Shown here piece after piece: positions 23,501 through 35,339 of a DNA stretch of 61,775 nucleotides. The notes under the pieces are model-generated. The model was given only the letters and a program-made list of their open reading frames with translations, was not told where the DNA came from and ran no database searches. The stretch lies in the NCBI GenBank assembly GCA_012026655.1, contig JAAILG010001801.1, positions 1 through 61,775 of the forward strand, written 5' to 3'. A program made the position numbers and the translations under genes. Positions within the stretch are counted from its first letter, which is position 1; every line of letters begins with the position of its first letter. The DNA is from Hydrolagus affinis (lineage: Eukaryota).

Positions 23501-26500
23501 GAGGAACATTATCACTGTTGTGGAACATTATCACTGTTGTACACAGGCAGAAAAGAAAGCACCAATGACTTCACACGTAGAATCCTTAAAACCACTCCTT
23601 GTCTTGGTAATCGAATCTGAACCGTGCTACAACCGTAATTGCAAAAGTTTGTGAATTCTCAAGGAAAAGCTAACATCCTCCAATGATAGGATACTGCAGA
23701 CCTGTTTATCAACTGCAGAAAATAAACTCTCTTGATCCTGGACTTTTTATAGACCAAGGTCATGAGGAACAAGGGACTAGATTTGGTGGTCTTCTCCATA
23801 CAAGTACCGCGAATTCCCAGGCTTAAATCATCACATGGCTCATATCATCATGCTATCAATACCCCAGTCACCTCATTCAAAATGTGGATACGGGACCCAC
23901 ATGCCCCCCTCTTTATTTCATCACATTCTATACACTCCAGCCAGCAAACTCTCGGATACATCATCGGAACAAAGTTACCTGTATCGCCATGCCAGGGCCG
24001 CTCAGTGAATTCTTTCATTGAGCAGCACAGCACAGGAAAACATCACTGAACCCTTGCGATGATCAGCCTGGTACTGAGGAAGAGGTCACTCTCTCCCTCT
24101 GCCAGCTATATGATAGGCTGTTTTGACTATAGTGGCAAGATCTACGAGTTGAAATTTTAGACTTTGCCTTCTATGAGATTCCACCTGAGTGAATGTTTTA
24201 TGGACACATATGCCTATACATAAACTTATACTGTACTTAACTCAAATGAGTTTTAATAAATAAACTGACAGCTGTGAGGCGCTGGAGCTACAGTGTCACT
24301 GATGATTGCTTGGTCTGCACAGTGTGTGTTTGTCTAGGTCCCCCCCAAAAAAACTCCAAAGTGTTTGATCATATTACCTACCTGCATTTGATTCCATCAA
24401 GTCGTCTGCAAGGCTTAGAGGAGACAGGAGAAGAATCAGGAGATAAGTTGAGCGGAGGAATCAAACTGTAGACTGATTCTGTTAGCTGTGCACTCTGCAG
24501 ACAATTAATAAACAATCCTTTCAAGCTCAGCGTCTCTGCTACGCCTTGCACATGAAATAATAACCTCAATGCTATATATTCTTTCCAGGTCTGATCTATT
24601 ATTGGTACATATATTTTATAATTAGAGGTAATTTTTTTTGCAAAATTCTGTTTCCTTAGCACTTTTAATGACTTTCGCAAACTGCTTGATTGTAATGTCA
24701 CTGATAGTTTAAGAATCCAACTAGATCCAGCCACAACTTAACAGGCATTTTCATTTTACCTGTTTATCTATATTTCTCAAAAGAAGAGAAGGACTGCTTG
24801 GTGACATTTCCAAATTGCATTCCGGAGATGAATCCTTTTTCTCTATAGAGGTTTTATTATCCCCTGTTGCATTTAATAAAGCTCCTGCTTCTGTCAAACA
24901 CATCTGCTGTTTCAGAATATCTTTGGAAGGCTGGGATTCTTCTAGGATTACCATCCCCTAGACAATTACACAGAAATAATCAGTGGACAAAAACAACTAT
25001 CTGCTTCAAATAATTTCAAACAACCTTTTACAGCTGATCAACTAACCATAAAAAGGTTATTTTGGAAGACAAAACATGCCTGTGAATAGCAGCCATGAAG
25101 GTACCATAGTAAAGCAAAATACCCAGACATACATATATATTATATATACACACAGTTATGTATATATATTTCTGCTCTAACCATCTCTTTTTCACACAAT
25201 GAAAACAGAGATGTTAGGATAAAGGATATAAGTGTTTATTGCCCTCCAAAGCATTCTTCGGGTGACTATTCAATATGCGACCTTAAGACAGTTAAATGTC
25301 TTGCCTGATCCTAGCCTTGTTTTACTTCAACCAATATGTACTCTCCATCAAAGATCTTTGGGTAGCAATTTAGAGCAGAAATACGGTTTGATTTTTCACC
25401 CTTTCTCTTGGGTCACTTAAGACTTAATTCTCACCTACCTGACATCAGCCAATTTTATACAGATCAATAATAAAGCAAAGACTTTTCTGAAGTGTATGGT
25501 TCAATAACACAATATTGGTGCATTTATCTGGCTTGTGGGGCCTTATATTTTATTTCAATAAATACAAAAATTGCATTCTGAGTTCTGCAACTATAAGTGA
25601 AACTTGCTACATTTGTCACTCCCAGACAGAAAACATAATTTAAAAAAAGTATTATCTATTGTTAAAGCTTGAGAAAATGAAACAATGGTATGCAGGATGA
25701 CAGAATATGATTTGTAACCATGACATTGACATCCTGTGCTTTTTATATGAAAGCAAATCAAATCCATTATAAATATCGTTCAAACCATTTTTCTGAAATG
25801 TGTTTAATTAAAACTATTATATAATTTCTAATATAGATCACCTTTGTAGCACGTATATGCCGGTAGATGTCATTTATCTGCCGTATTCTATATTCCAGCT
25901 CTGAGATCTGGGCTTGAAGCCACGTCCAGCGACTTGCAATTCCAGTTCGATCCATGTTCCATCTCCATTCAGACCTGTGCTTACCGTTAGCAAAAGAAGA
26001 GAATTGGTTTAAATTTCACAATTTCTTGAAACAGTTATATTTTGAACATCTGCTACCTAAGATTCCTCCGAGAATAAATCTTGTGTATACAGAGCTGACT
26101 TTTGACACAAACATATCTTGTGCAGCCTGTGGTCCCACCCATATTATGGGGTTTACAAATAGTATGTTTCCATTATGCAAAAATAAAAAAAACTGTAAAA
26201 GTCATACATGATGGGGGCATGCCACTTAGGAATTGATCTGAAACACTAAGATTAACTTTCAGTATGTTTTTTTTCAAGCATCAAAATTCAGCAGCATTTG
26301 TTTAATAAATATCAGGGTGAATCATAGAAATCAGCCCACAGACCTATATTGTTAAGATTGTTCTGTTCCAACTTATTGAACGATAAGGTTCACCTCATTG
26401 CCCGTTGATGGACAATTTTTAATTAAGAGCAGTTTCATTTTGATTACTCCTAAGATTGAATCATACAATTTCCTAGAACACTCTATTTCAGCTTTTATTG

Positions 26501-29500
26501 TATAAAGGAAATAAATGAGGGTGGTGGTGGGGGGAGGAATTGCTAGCTAGAGAATTGTTTTGATATATTATCCTGCATACCCTAAGAACATCAAATGAAA
26601 AAGAATATTTTGTAGTGACTGGACTCTTTGGAGTCTTGTACCAGGTACAGTCATAAATTTAAAAAAGTGAGCAGAATATAAAACATATTCACCTATATAA
26701 TCAAGCTCATTTCCACCCACAGCCCAATGAAAACTATAATTCAAATATAATCGAGCAAAAACTCCAAAATTTTGATGTATGACCAAATTTTCATTACTAC
26801 AATGGTTTGCATTTATATACCACCCTTCCTTGGGTGTACCATCTTGGAGCACTTAACTGTGTGATATGACTCGTCAATCATAGCTTGTTTTGTTTCCATA
26901 CTCAACATTTTCTCTCTGTAACTGAGAAACCGGCATAGTAAGTTTGATTTCCCCCTGCCTATCCTGATCAATGAGACTAATTATATTCTTTCCTACTGAA
27001 CCTTAGACCTTCCTGGTTTCTATGGCTCAGTTACTCACTGAATAAACTTGCTGAACCACTGGGAAAGTGCACTTTTGTGGATTCTGCACTAAATGCAAAT
27101 AGAAAAAATATCCAACTGTGTTTGCGTAGAAAGCAAAAAGCTAAACATCCAGAAGATCACATTTATTTCTATCACACGTGTATCTGAATACACTTACTTC
27201 CAGTTTCCCACTATTGCAAACTAGACTTTCAGACTACAGTATAACTATTTTTTCAAAGGAATGTAACGTATTTTAATTTGATCCTCATTGCACTCAATTA
27301 ACTTGATTGCTGTGTACAGGAACATTGTTTAAGTTACTGTACAAAATGTTGATCTTTAATAGTGTTAAATATAAGATTAATCTCCCACAACATCTGCAAA
27401 TTAAAATTTTAAATCTTGTTTTGAATATAACAGTAATAGTCTTTGCCTTTCACATCAGGATGAGGTTTCAAAGGACTATAAAGTATTAATTGCTTATTTT
27501 TTTGTGGACAAAATTGGCAGCAAATATTTACAAAGGAATGTCCCAATAACAGCTATAAAGTTAAAGAACAATGTTATTTGGAAGATTGTTGGCCAGGACA
27601 CCGGGAGCAACTTCTTTCTGTTGTCAAGTAGTGTTATGGCATCGTTAATATCCAGAACAAGCAAACAGGATCTTGGTGTAATGCCTCATCCAATGGATGG
27701 CACTCTCAACAATACATCACACTTCCTGCACTTGAATGCCAGTCAACATCATGCGAGTTCAAAATCCTGATGTGGAGCTTGAACCCACAAACTTTTGAAT
27801 CAAAATGCAAGTGCTGCCAACTGAATTAAAACTGTAAACAAGTCTGCAAGGTTTATAAATTTGAAAACAAAACAATATTTGTTGTGAAAATAGAAAGCTT
27901 CTCTCCCCTGCGTTGATTCAATGTATATATCAATGACTTTTCAATGCAGGAAAGGCAATCCGAAATTTTCCATTGACTCCCAAATGTTTCAGTTGCTGTA
28001 CTGGTACACAAACACCCTTAGAATTATTTTTCTATTTGCAGAGTTTTAAAATTTTAACTGCCTCTAGCAAAAATAAACAAACTTCAGATTCATTGGTTGA
28101 ATAACTGCATTCATTTACAATTCAGCTGCTATTCATGCACAGCCTAACTTCCCTGAAGCACCTCTGAAAAGTCAAGGGTTCTCTATAAACACAATAGACA
28201 GATCCATTAATACACGTGTTAATGTGGGAATTCTGCCCCCACCCTCTGGAACTCCATCCACAGTCCCTCTGCCTCACTGAATCCCTCGCTTCCTTCAAGC
28301 CACATGAGGGCCACCTCTCCTGCTGCCCTCCACCATCTCCAATCCCATACCTCCAGCTCATTTCCAGCTCCTTAGTTCGTCCTCCCGATATAAAGGCACT
28401 ATACAAATGTAATATTGTTGTTCTTAATAATTGGATGATACATACATATTTACATTTTACAAACTTTTTTTTTCCTTTCATCATATGACTTTTTCTGAAC
28501 TTGTATTAAAATGTTTTTCAGCTAATACTTAATGGTATAACATTTTCATAATGATCACATGGCAATATTTCTCTATTAACATGGAGAGGATGGAGGTCCT
28601 CCTGGCATGAAAGTGTAATTTTGTTGTTGTAGCATATAATGTTATACTTTATATAAAATTCTGTTGAACTTTCATCCATGAAACCACAAAACAATTTTTT
28701 AAAAGAATACAAAATCAAATATTTCATTTTCTATATTAGCATTGCTCATATTATCTCGCCTTCTACCCTCCACACATTCATACCCCCATCATCTACTCAT
28801 CTAAATCCCTCCTGAAAATGGCAATAAAGACTTAAGAACAAGTGAGGACTTCCCAAAGCTTTCCAGAAAACACTTTAAAATACAGTGACTGTTCTGTTGG
28901 TGAAAGCTGCATTGAATACAATTTTTGTGTTGCATCACAATGAAAATGTAGAAGTTGCAATAGGCAAATATACTGTCTATTGCAACTAGTTGCTTAGAAT
29001 TGTATCATAGGTTTGCACATCATCTGCTACATCAATTTGTGTTGGTTCTGAATACAAGATGTCTTCTAGTTTAGAGGAAGTTATTGAGGGAAAATATCCA
29101 GTACTGGTGAAGATTATAGAGGCTATTCAAAGGGATATAATTTCTTCCTCACTTGTAAGTTATACAATTGTTTTGTATAATATTACTCATAGTAATAAGG
29201 TAGTTAAGTACAGTGCAATTGAAATAGTACTTGGGGAGAATTAATGAAAAAATGGGACCAGGCTAAGAGATTTTGAAAATTGTTTGATGTTCAACAATTA
29301 CAGAAAAAAATGGTTTTTACTTGCATCCAAAATATAACATTAATATCAAGAAATGTGTCATCTGTAAATCTCTGTGTGTCTTTACAAATAACGGTTATCC
29401 AGGAGCAATGAGTTTGATTGGAAGATGTAGATCAAATGTAAAGAGTTGTCACCAAACATAGCTCTATTGTTAAGAACAGCGATGCTAATAGCAATACATA

Positions 29501-32500
29501 AAGGCACAATTACGCTGATGTAGCGATAGAGGAATGAGCTTTAAAAAACATCCAGAAAAGCTAAAGCTCTTCATCCTTGAAAAGAGATGTCTCATGGAAG
29601 TATAAAATGCTAAATGGGATAGAGAAGGCAAACTAAGAATTATACCATAATTCTGAATATATCTGGGCTGTAGGTCAAGGGGGCATATCTTCAGTGACAA
29701 GAGGTTCATTAATGTGAAGCACAAGAGGGCAAATAAAATATTATTTAGGACACATTTTAGGCAGGCAGTGGGAAGAATTACCCAGAATCATCTCAAAGAT
29801 GACTCATCCACCCAGATACTCACTAACACAAAACTTCATACCCCTATCACACCAATCTTTGCCAAGCTCCACTGGCCCCCAATTGCCAAATCGATCGATT
29901 TTAAGATCAACAGTCTTCAAATCTATTAGTACCCTAGCATCTCCCTACCTGTCCACTTACCTCCCATTCCACTACCCGCTGCGTCTGGCTTCCTGTTTGT
30001 CACTCGATAAATAGGAGGCTGGAGCCAGCCATCAGCCACTACCCCTAAAACCTTGGAACTCTCTCCCTCAATTCATTAGCCTTGTCCCCTTCCTCCCCAG
30101 TTTCAAATACCACCTGAAGACCTTTCTTGATAAGGAATGATAAGTCCTCCCAACATGAAAGGTGCTATACAAATGTAATTTTGTTGTTGTTGTTAAAGAT
30201 ACAATCAAACTATTCAAAAATAAAAGGGATTCCTGTGGAAATTTCTACAATTGTTCCAAGCCTTTGGTCCAAACGAATACATATAAAGTGTGGTGCAAAA
30301 ATCAGTCTCACAGCCTGTACCTTCAGGATGATATACAACCTTGTAACCACCTGTGATATGCTTTACCATACCCAAAATAAGTTTTTCAGTGATATCCATT
30401 AAGTCATTAAAATCAGCATAGGCCATATAGAACTTGCATTTTGTGAATTCTAGATTGTGAGTAAAATCAGTGCCTTCTTTCCTAAACTGTTGGTCAATTT
30501 CATACACTCTGTCAATACCTCCTGCTACTACCATCTTATGGTAAAGCTCTGGAGCCACTCTCATGTACAAGTTCATGTCTAACTCGTTATGGTGTGTAAT
30601 GAAGCGCAACATCTCCCACTGGAAAAATGTTCATCATTGGTGTCTCCACCTCAATAAATCCCAGAGTCTGGAAATGTCCCTAAGTACGTGATGATCCTCC
30701 AAATAAATTGGACATTCACTTGGTATCTGTGAGACCTTGCGTGTGCAAATTGGCTGCCGCATGTCCAAAACCTTTCAGCATTAAATGTGCTTTTAATCAA
30801 CTGCAATGATTGTTAGTATCTTCTTAACAAACTTTTGATAAGTCCATTTTGTGCAAAGGTAACATTTGAAAATCTTGAAAGGTAATTTTCTGAGTGGCAG
30901 TAGTTTTTACATTATTTATTCATATGCTGATTGTGCTCATCTAAATGCAAAAACTGCATTTAGATAGTATTTATACCAGTTTGCACTTTCAGAGATACCA
31001 ACATAGGTATAACAAAATGATAAGTGTTTTATGATAGTATAGCCTCAAACTCACCAAGTTCATTAAGCTATAGAAAAGAGAAAGTGTACGGTATCCAAAT
31101 TAGCTTTAGGAATGTTGCAAAATCCAAATAGTGTATGCATCAAACCTTATTTTTTAAAATTTATTCATTCAGATGCCCATGAAAACCTCTCTCCTCCAAG
31201 GTCATCAGATTTACAGATAAATTGCATCTTGCAACTCTCCCTATGTGTAGAAATGAGACAAAATTTGCAAGGTGGCTTATATAAAATGTTATAAAGCTCC
31301 AGTTAATTTGCCATTTACTGGTCACAACGGCTAGAAAAATGACACCAAATAGGTCTACTTACTCTGACAAACTCCTTTTCAGTGAAATGTCTTCACTATC
31401 AGAATCCCCATCTGAGCTGCTTCCAGTTGCATCAGAGTCCACGTTTTCTTCTACATGTGAAAGCAGTGCTTTGGAATAGGAGGTGTATTTATAGAGTTCA
31501 CAGTTGTCGAGATTTGGAATCAAATCAGTCTGCCCACTGTTATCTGGTTTTATTTCAGCAATAACTGCAGGTTTATTTTCTGAACTGTTAAACATGTCAT
31601 CCAAGCATCTAACAGAGCTGTGAATTGCTTCCTGCCTATGGTGCTTGTATTCTACTAGCCTCTGCATTTCATGCTTAACGTGGTACTCAACATGTTTTGC
31701 CTGGAATTCTTGCAAGCGTTTTCTAAGTCTGCTAGCCTTTTTAGCTAGCTCTTGTTGTCTGCCAAGACACTGAAGCAGCTGAGTATTCATCTCAGCTTCC
31801 CTTGCACTTGTGGAATGACTCAGTGGCCTTTCTTCTTTTCTCTGCAGTACTGACTGTCTGGCTCCATTCAATAAACTACCTTTCTGACGAATATGTACTG
31901 CTGGAGCAGTCAAAGTACTATTAATTATAGTTGGTTTAAACTTTGCTTGTTCATTTGCGGATGTGCCACCAGAAGCATAAAGGTTCACTGAAGCTGAATC
32001 ACAAGCCAAATGCATTTTACTAGAAGCACTTAACATCCCTTTACTCTTTAAGGGGCTGCTTTTTTGGCCCCTTACATCTTTTGTACCATTTTTATTACTA
32101 CTTAGATTTGCTTCAGGTAAAACATATTTTTTGTTAACATTAGAAACAGATGTTGACTTTATTTTATCATAACATATGTTATTTTTAGTAAGAATAGCAG
32201 ATGTGTCCTTACTAAATAATTTCTTTCTACTAGTAAGATTGTAGTTTAAAGAAAGTATGTCTAATAATGAACTAGTACTGGTTAACAAGGCTGTATTATT
32301 AGGGATTGATGAGTGTATTATTGCAGATCCATAAGGTAAATGTTTCAAATCTTTTGCATCACTGTTGAGCCCGTGAGATGCATTTGGATAAGTAAGTTGA
32401 GACCAAGCAGACTGTGTATCACAATCCCCATTTAGCTTCTGTTGTTCTGTAGCAGTGTCACTTTTGTGTACAAATGTGTCAAGTTCAATAGAACTCGAAG

Positions 32501-32576
32501 GTAAAGAAGATGACGACAGCTGGAATCCATGTCCCTCGGTGGCTGTTTCTGTCAGAGCTGGAGCCATTGTAGCCAT
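13636..32576 (-). CDS. KANSL1L: KAT8 regulatory NSL complex subunit 1-like; coding exons 2-15, exon 14 incomplete (assembly gap)
   Basis: Motifs [79 protein letters not shown] region (TPSWR...[19 protein letters not shown]), PWNCRTFPL; position between RPE and ACADL as in other vertebrates. Confidence 0.93.
14448..14542 (-). CDS. KANSL1L: Probable 3' part of KANSL1L exon 14, running out of the assembly gap
   Basis: Only one frame is open from the gap to ATG|gtatag ([31 protein letters not shown]); phase 0 fits the last exon; weak donor, little sequence similarity. Confidence 0.45.
14543..14642. other. Assembly gap (100 N)
   Basis: N run. Confidence 1.
14876..15650 (-). mobile_element. L2-clade LINE fragment (reverse transcriptase to 3' end), frameshifted
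   Basis: [64 protein letters not shown]. Confidence 0.9.
16096..16208 (-). CDS. KANSL1L: KANSL1L exon 13 (113 nt if the GC donor is used), PEHE domain
   Basis: ttcacag|CTG GAA GAC ACT TCA GAT GAA...AAC AG|gcaggt; [36 protein letters not shown]. Confidence 0.88.
16308..16350 (-). CDS. KANSL1L: KANSL1L exon 12 (43 nt; donor position somewhat uncertain)
   Basis: tttacag|C TGG CGA ATT GTA GAT ATG AAA CCT...GAA AAA|gtaggt; [10 protein letters not shown]. Confidence 0.78.
16386..16920 (-). mobile_element. Minus-strand SINE interrupted by a plus-strand copy of the same family (16486-16710)
   Basis: Tail 16386-16484, nested 5'-truncated copy, then the core and head resume at 16711-16920. Confidence 0.8.
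17136..17260 (-). CDS. KANSL1L: KANSL1L exon 11 (125 nt)
   Basis: ttatag|AAT CTT TCA...CCG AG|gtgagt; [33 protein letters not shown]. Confidence 0.93.
17870..18090 (+). mobile_element. 5'-truncated SINE; a minus-strand tail fragment lies at ~17476-17605
   Basis: AAGTTTCCTTACTCCACACGCC...TGGCTGCCG...AAGCGCTATATGAAATGC. Confidence 0.75.
18390..18610 (+). mobile_element. CR1 LINE 3' remnant; another CR1-type tail at ~40245-40325
   Basis: TTTAACCAGAGAGTGGTGAAATTCTGG (F.QRVV..W), GACTCGTGTGGAGTATAAAC; GAGGGGCTGAATGGCCTACTC. Confidence 0.6.
18809..18984 (-). CDS. KANSL1L: KANSL1L exon 10 (176 nt, Ser/Pro/Thr-rich)
   Basis: tttttcag|TT GTA AGT...AAA GAT|gtaaga; phase 1 to phase 0 fits both neighbours. 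Confidence 0.75.
19276..19425 (-). CDS. KANSL1L: KANSL1L exon 9 (150 nt)
   Basis: tttatag|AG TGC AAT...ACA GCT G|gtaagt; open frame RQHWNESPF...[12 protein letters not shown], phase-consistent. Confidence 0.75.
20948..21100 (-). CDS. KANSL1L: KANSL1L exon 8 (153 nt)
   Basis: ttttatag|AT GTT CCT CTT AAT ATA CAC TTA CAA...GGC A|gtaagt; [17 protein letters not shown] resembles DVPLHFHF. Confidence 0.82.
21658..21805 (-). CDS. KANSL1L: KANSL1L exon 7 (148 nt)
   Basis: caatag|GCT ACC GCT ATG CAG TGT...CAT TGT G|gtaggg; [13 protein letters not shown]...[18 protein letters not shown]. Confidence 0.88.
22900..23095 (-). CDS. KANSL1L: KANSL1L exon 6 (196 nt), contains the ARTRP (WDR5-interacting Win-like) motif
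   Basis: ctattag|T ATT TTA GGT...AGA AAG|gtgaat; [20 protein letters not shown]; acceptor chosen by phase. Confidence 0.85.
24382..24494 (-). CDS. KANSL1L: KANSL1L exon 5 (113 nt)
   Basis: ctgcag|AGT GCA CAG CTA...TGC AG|gtaggt; [29 protein letters not shown]. Confidence 0.9.
24760..24957 (-). CDS. KANSL1L: KANSL1L exon 4 (198 nt)
   Basis: gtctag|GGG ATG GTA ATC CTA GAA...AAA CAG|gtaaaa; [19 protein letters not shown]...[17 protein letters not shown]. Confidence 0.92.
25842..25974 (-). CDS. KANSL1L: KANSL1L exon 3 (acceptor 25974; possible ancestral start 25983)
   Basis: [44 protein letters not shown]; donor AAG|gtgatc. Confidence 0.88.
27510..27835 (-). mobile_element. Old SacSINE1/DeuSINE-like element
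   Basis: TGGCCAGGACACCGGG, CTCATCC..GATGGCAC, CTTGAACCCACAA, AGTGCTGCCAACTGA on + strand = reverse complement of the DeuSINE layout. Confidence 0.65.
29795..30193 (+). mobile_element. L2 LINE 3' fragment
   Basis: [22 protein letters not shown]; ends GTGCTATACAAATGTAATTTTGTTGTTGTTG. Confidence 0.8.
30255..30698 (-). pseudogene. KARS1: Processed pseudogene fragment of lysyl-tRNA synthetase (catalytic domain) in KANSL1L intron 2
   Basis: IITYL...[12 protein letters not shown] / [41 protein letters not shown]...THN.EFT...[27 protein letters not shown]; two frameshifts (~30665, ~30604), motif-2 substitutions, no introns. Confidence 0.9.
31363..32576 (-). CDS. KANSL1L: KANSL1L exon 2 coding part (acceptor at 32624; ATGs at 32576 and 32567)
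   Basis: Long [18 protein letters not shown]...[23 protein letters not shown]; ttttgtgtcttag acceptor; donor TCAGA|gtaagt, phase 2. Confidence 0.93.
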
Positions 32577-34994
32577 GCAGCGCTTCCACAGCAGGTCCAA
32601 AGAAACAAAAATATAACTTTGCTCCTAAGACACAAAATGAAATAAAAATTCAATTAACTACTTTGTTCGCAAGCTACATTTAGAATAAACTCCTTTCTGG
32701 ATCTAACATAAAGTACATTTGAATTACATAATTCCAAACATTACTTTCATTTAATGCGACTCTCAACCCCTTGGGGGTGGGGGGGAGGAGTAAAGTTAGT
32801 GTGCAAACACAATATCAAAAGTACTATTGCCAATAACAGTTTCAAATGTAAAAGTACAGTACAGAACTAAGACCAGATATTATCTTTCCTCTTATGTCCA
32901 TATAATGTAGAGATCAACATATAAACATGTTTCAGCATTAGATGCAGGCTCTTTCAATTGTGCAATTGGGAGTCATAATTCATTCTTGCCTGCAGCATTC
33001 CTGGCGTCTGCACATCAGAATACAACAATATCCTAAATATAGTAACTCCTGTAACATTATTAGGCAATGAGAAAAAAAGTAGAAAAAGCAGGTTATATGC
33101 AACAATTATTGACTATATTAATACATTTTCTTACAAAGCTTGTATTTATTTACAAGTCAATGGAAAACCACAGATTTTCCATTCTAACATTACTATCTAT
33201 TTTAACAGGTGCTATTTATACAATTCAAATAAAAAATTATACAAAATTACATACTGCAAATTGGCCAACAAACATTCTCCCCTCAGAAAGTTAGCAGGGA
33301 TAAAAATCTATTGGACAATACAAACTTAGCCCACCCCAAAACTTTGTTTTACAAGATGATTATATGTTGAATTGTTAATATTGAGATTCGACTACTGGAT
33401 ACAAATAAAAAAAGTTTTGTTTTTAAATTTACTTGACTACCAACATCTCTGAAGAATTCTACAATCACTGGGTCAATTTACATGTTCTTAAAAATTATAA
33501 AGTTACATTAATAAAATAATGTTTGTAATAAATTCAAAGAATAAAAAAAATTCCATCTCTTATGTCTCCTATTTTCCTCGTCCCATGATATTAATGAACC
33601 CTCCAAGAAGGTTTGGAAACAGCTGGACAATTCTAATAAAATTTGTGCCAGGCTCAAAATTTGTTCCTAGTATTATTTAAAAACTACGCATCTTGAAATT
33701 AATGTCATATTTTCTGTTCTATATTAGAGAAATTATCTACCATTACCAATCTGTCTAGGTTCCTATCAGACATTATGGGACTGGGTACTTTATCTTGAAA
33801 CACTGGTCTCAGCCAAACTTAAATATCCTCAAAGGTAACTGAGTGGGGCACAGGACATTATAACTTGACCCAGTAATCCCATTGTTTAGTCAAATTATAG
33901 ATTCTAATAATAATCCTTGTATTTGATATAGCACTTGATCAAGTTATTAAGACGTCTCAAAGCATTTCATATTGTGAAAGGTGATTGGTGCCAGTGGAAC
34001 TATACTAGAAAGAAAATGGGAGTCACACATCCTCAAGTAAGGAGGAACATTGTGGAGAAAATGGGCAAAAAAGATAATGGATTTCTTTCAGAAAGTTGAA
34101 CATTCTTGCTATGACCTTTTTTCCCCCCTCATCAAGGAAAGTTGTACTGTACTCCTACTATCCACCAGGGTTGCCATTTTGACTTTGGTTAGGCTAAGCA
34201 TACCTGTCCAATGTACTCTGATGCCAATAAACGTGTATTACAGAGACTGGCACAATTCCAGCAGACTAAGCGACACGGTACAGGAACATGACTCCCTGGA
34301 AAGTTTAAAAAGATGGCTTTGCACTGGTTGATTCTATCGCAGACATTGCAATACTCAAGCAGTTTGACACTTGATGTGGTCTTGCACAGCCGCCAAGGCA
34401 ACTCTACTGCAGGTAATGTGTGTATGCTAAACTGCAGTACTACAATGGTCCAATAATGTCACTTATACTGCATTTATAAAGTGGTTTACCTAATCTTTCA
34501 AATAATTTATTTAATTGTGGTTCAAACAATATTTTACAAACAATCGAATCAAATTTTTTTAAAAAAAATCTCTTCCCTGTAATGTTTTTGTTGTTATGTT
34601 TAAACTACAAATTCAGGCAGAATAACAGACGTACAAAACGAGCCAGCCATGCAATTTTCAAATTCCCAGTTTTCCCGTTGCTTTTTTTTGCCACGAGAGT
34701 TTAATTTTTTTAAAAAAACGCATTAACATGCAGTTGAAACGTGCCGTTCCGTTTTCATTTTGGGAAGGGGTGGTGGGGGAAGGTCAAGTTTTAGAATAAA
34801 AAAGGCTGACCTAAATACACCTTTCTCTAGTCACTCAGAAATAAGTTAGCGTGTGCAAGATATAATATTCAATCATTTTTAGCAGAGCACTCCCCCCACA
34901 AATGAGTTTCCTTATTCCACACACCTGTGTTCACCTAGCATTAAGTAAAAACTCAGTCGTTAGTTGATTGGCGGATCGCTTTTCAGGGGGGAAT

Positions 34995-35178
34995 AATATC
35001 TCCCCCACCCCCCAAAAAAAATAAACTGGTCACTTAATCCACAACGTCTGTGCACGATACGCCTGCCGCATTTCATCCACAAAATAGTCCATTCACTTTA
35101 CAGCATATAACGTGAAGGACTTTGAGATTTTCAAAGACTTGATAGGGTGCCATATCAAATGCAAGGATTATTATTATC
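34995..35178 (+). mobile_element. 5'-truncated SINE; other fragments at ~33907-33990, 37700-37850, 43755-43890, 54575-54735, 56385-56495
   Basis: Shared core/tail ATATCAAATGCAAGGATTATTATT. Confidence 0.7.
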
Positions 35179-35339
35179 AGCGCCAGCAATAACTCTTTGC
35201 TTCCTAGCTCTCTCTTACCACCCACTATAAATATAAATATATACATAAATACACAGTATATATAATATATATATACACACACACACACAGATTATCAATA
35301 CAGTGTATACTATGTATATAACATACACACAGTTGACAG

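Noticed and set aside
23340-24200. Coding-looking region with a 19-bp tandem duplication (~23502-23540)
   Set aside because: No recognisable homology in any frame, and not needed for the KANSL1L exon chain
30214-30612. Functional 132-aa LysRS-like mini-gene
   Set aside because: Upstream homology is frameshifted twice, catalytic motif residues are altered, and it has no ATG start
34166-34406. hAT-like element with CAGGGTTGCCA / GGCAACTCTA ends
   Set aside because: TIRs are short and imperfect, with no matching target-site duplication
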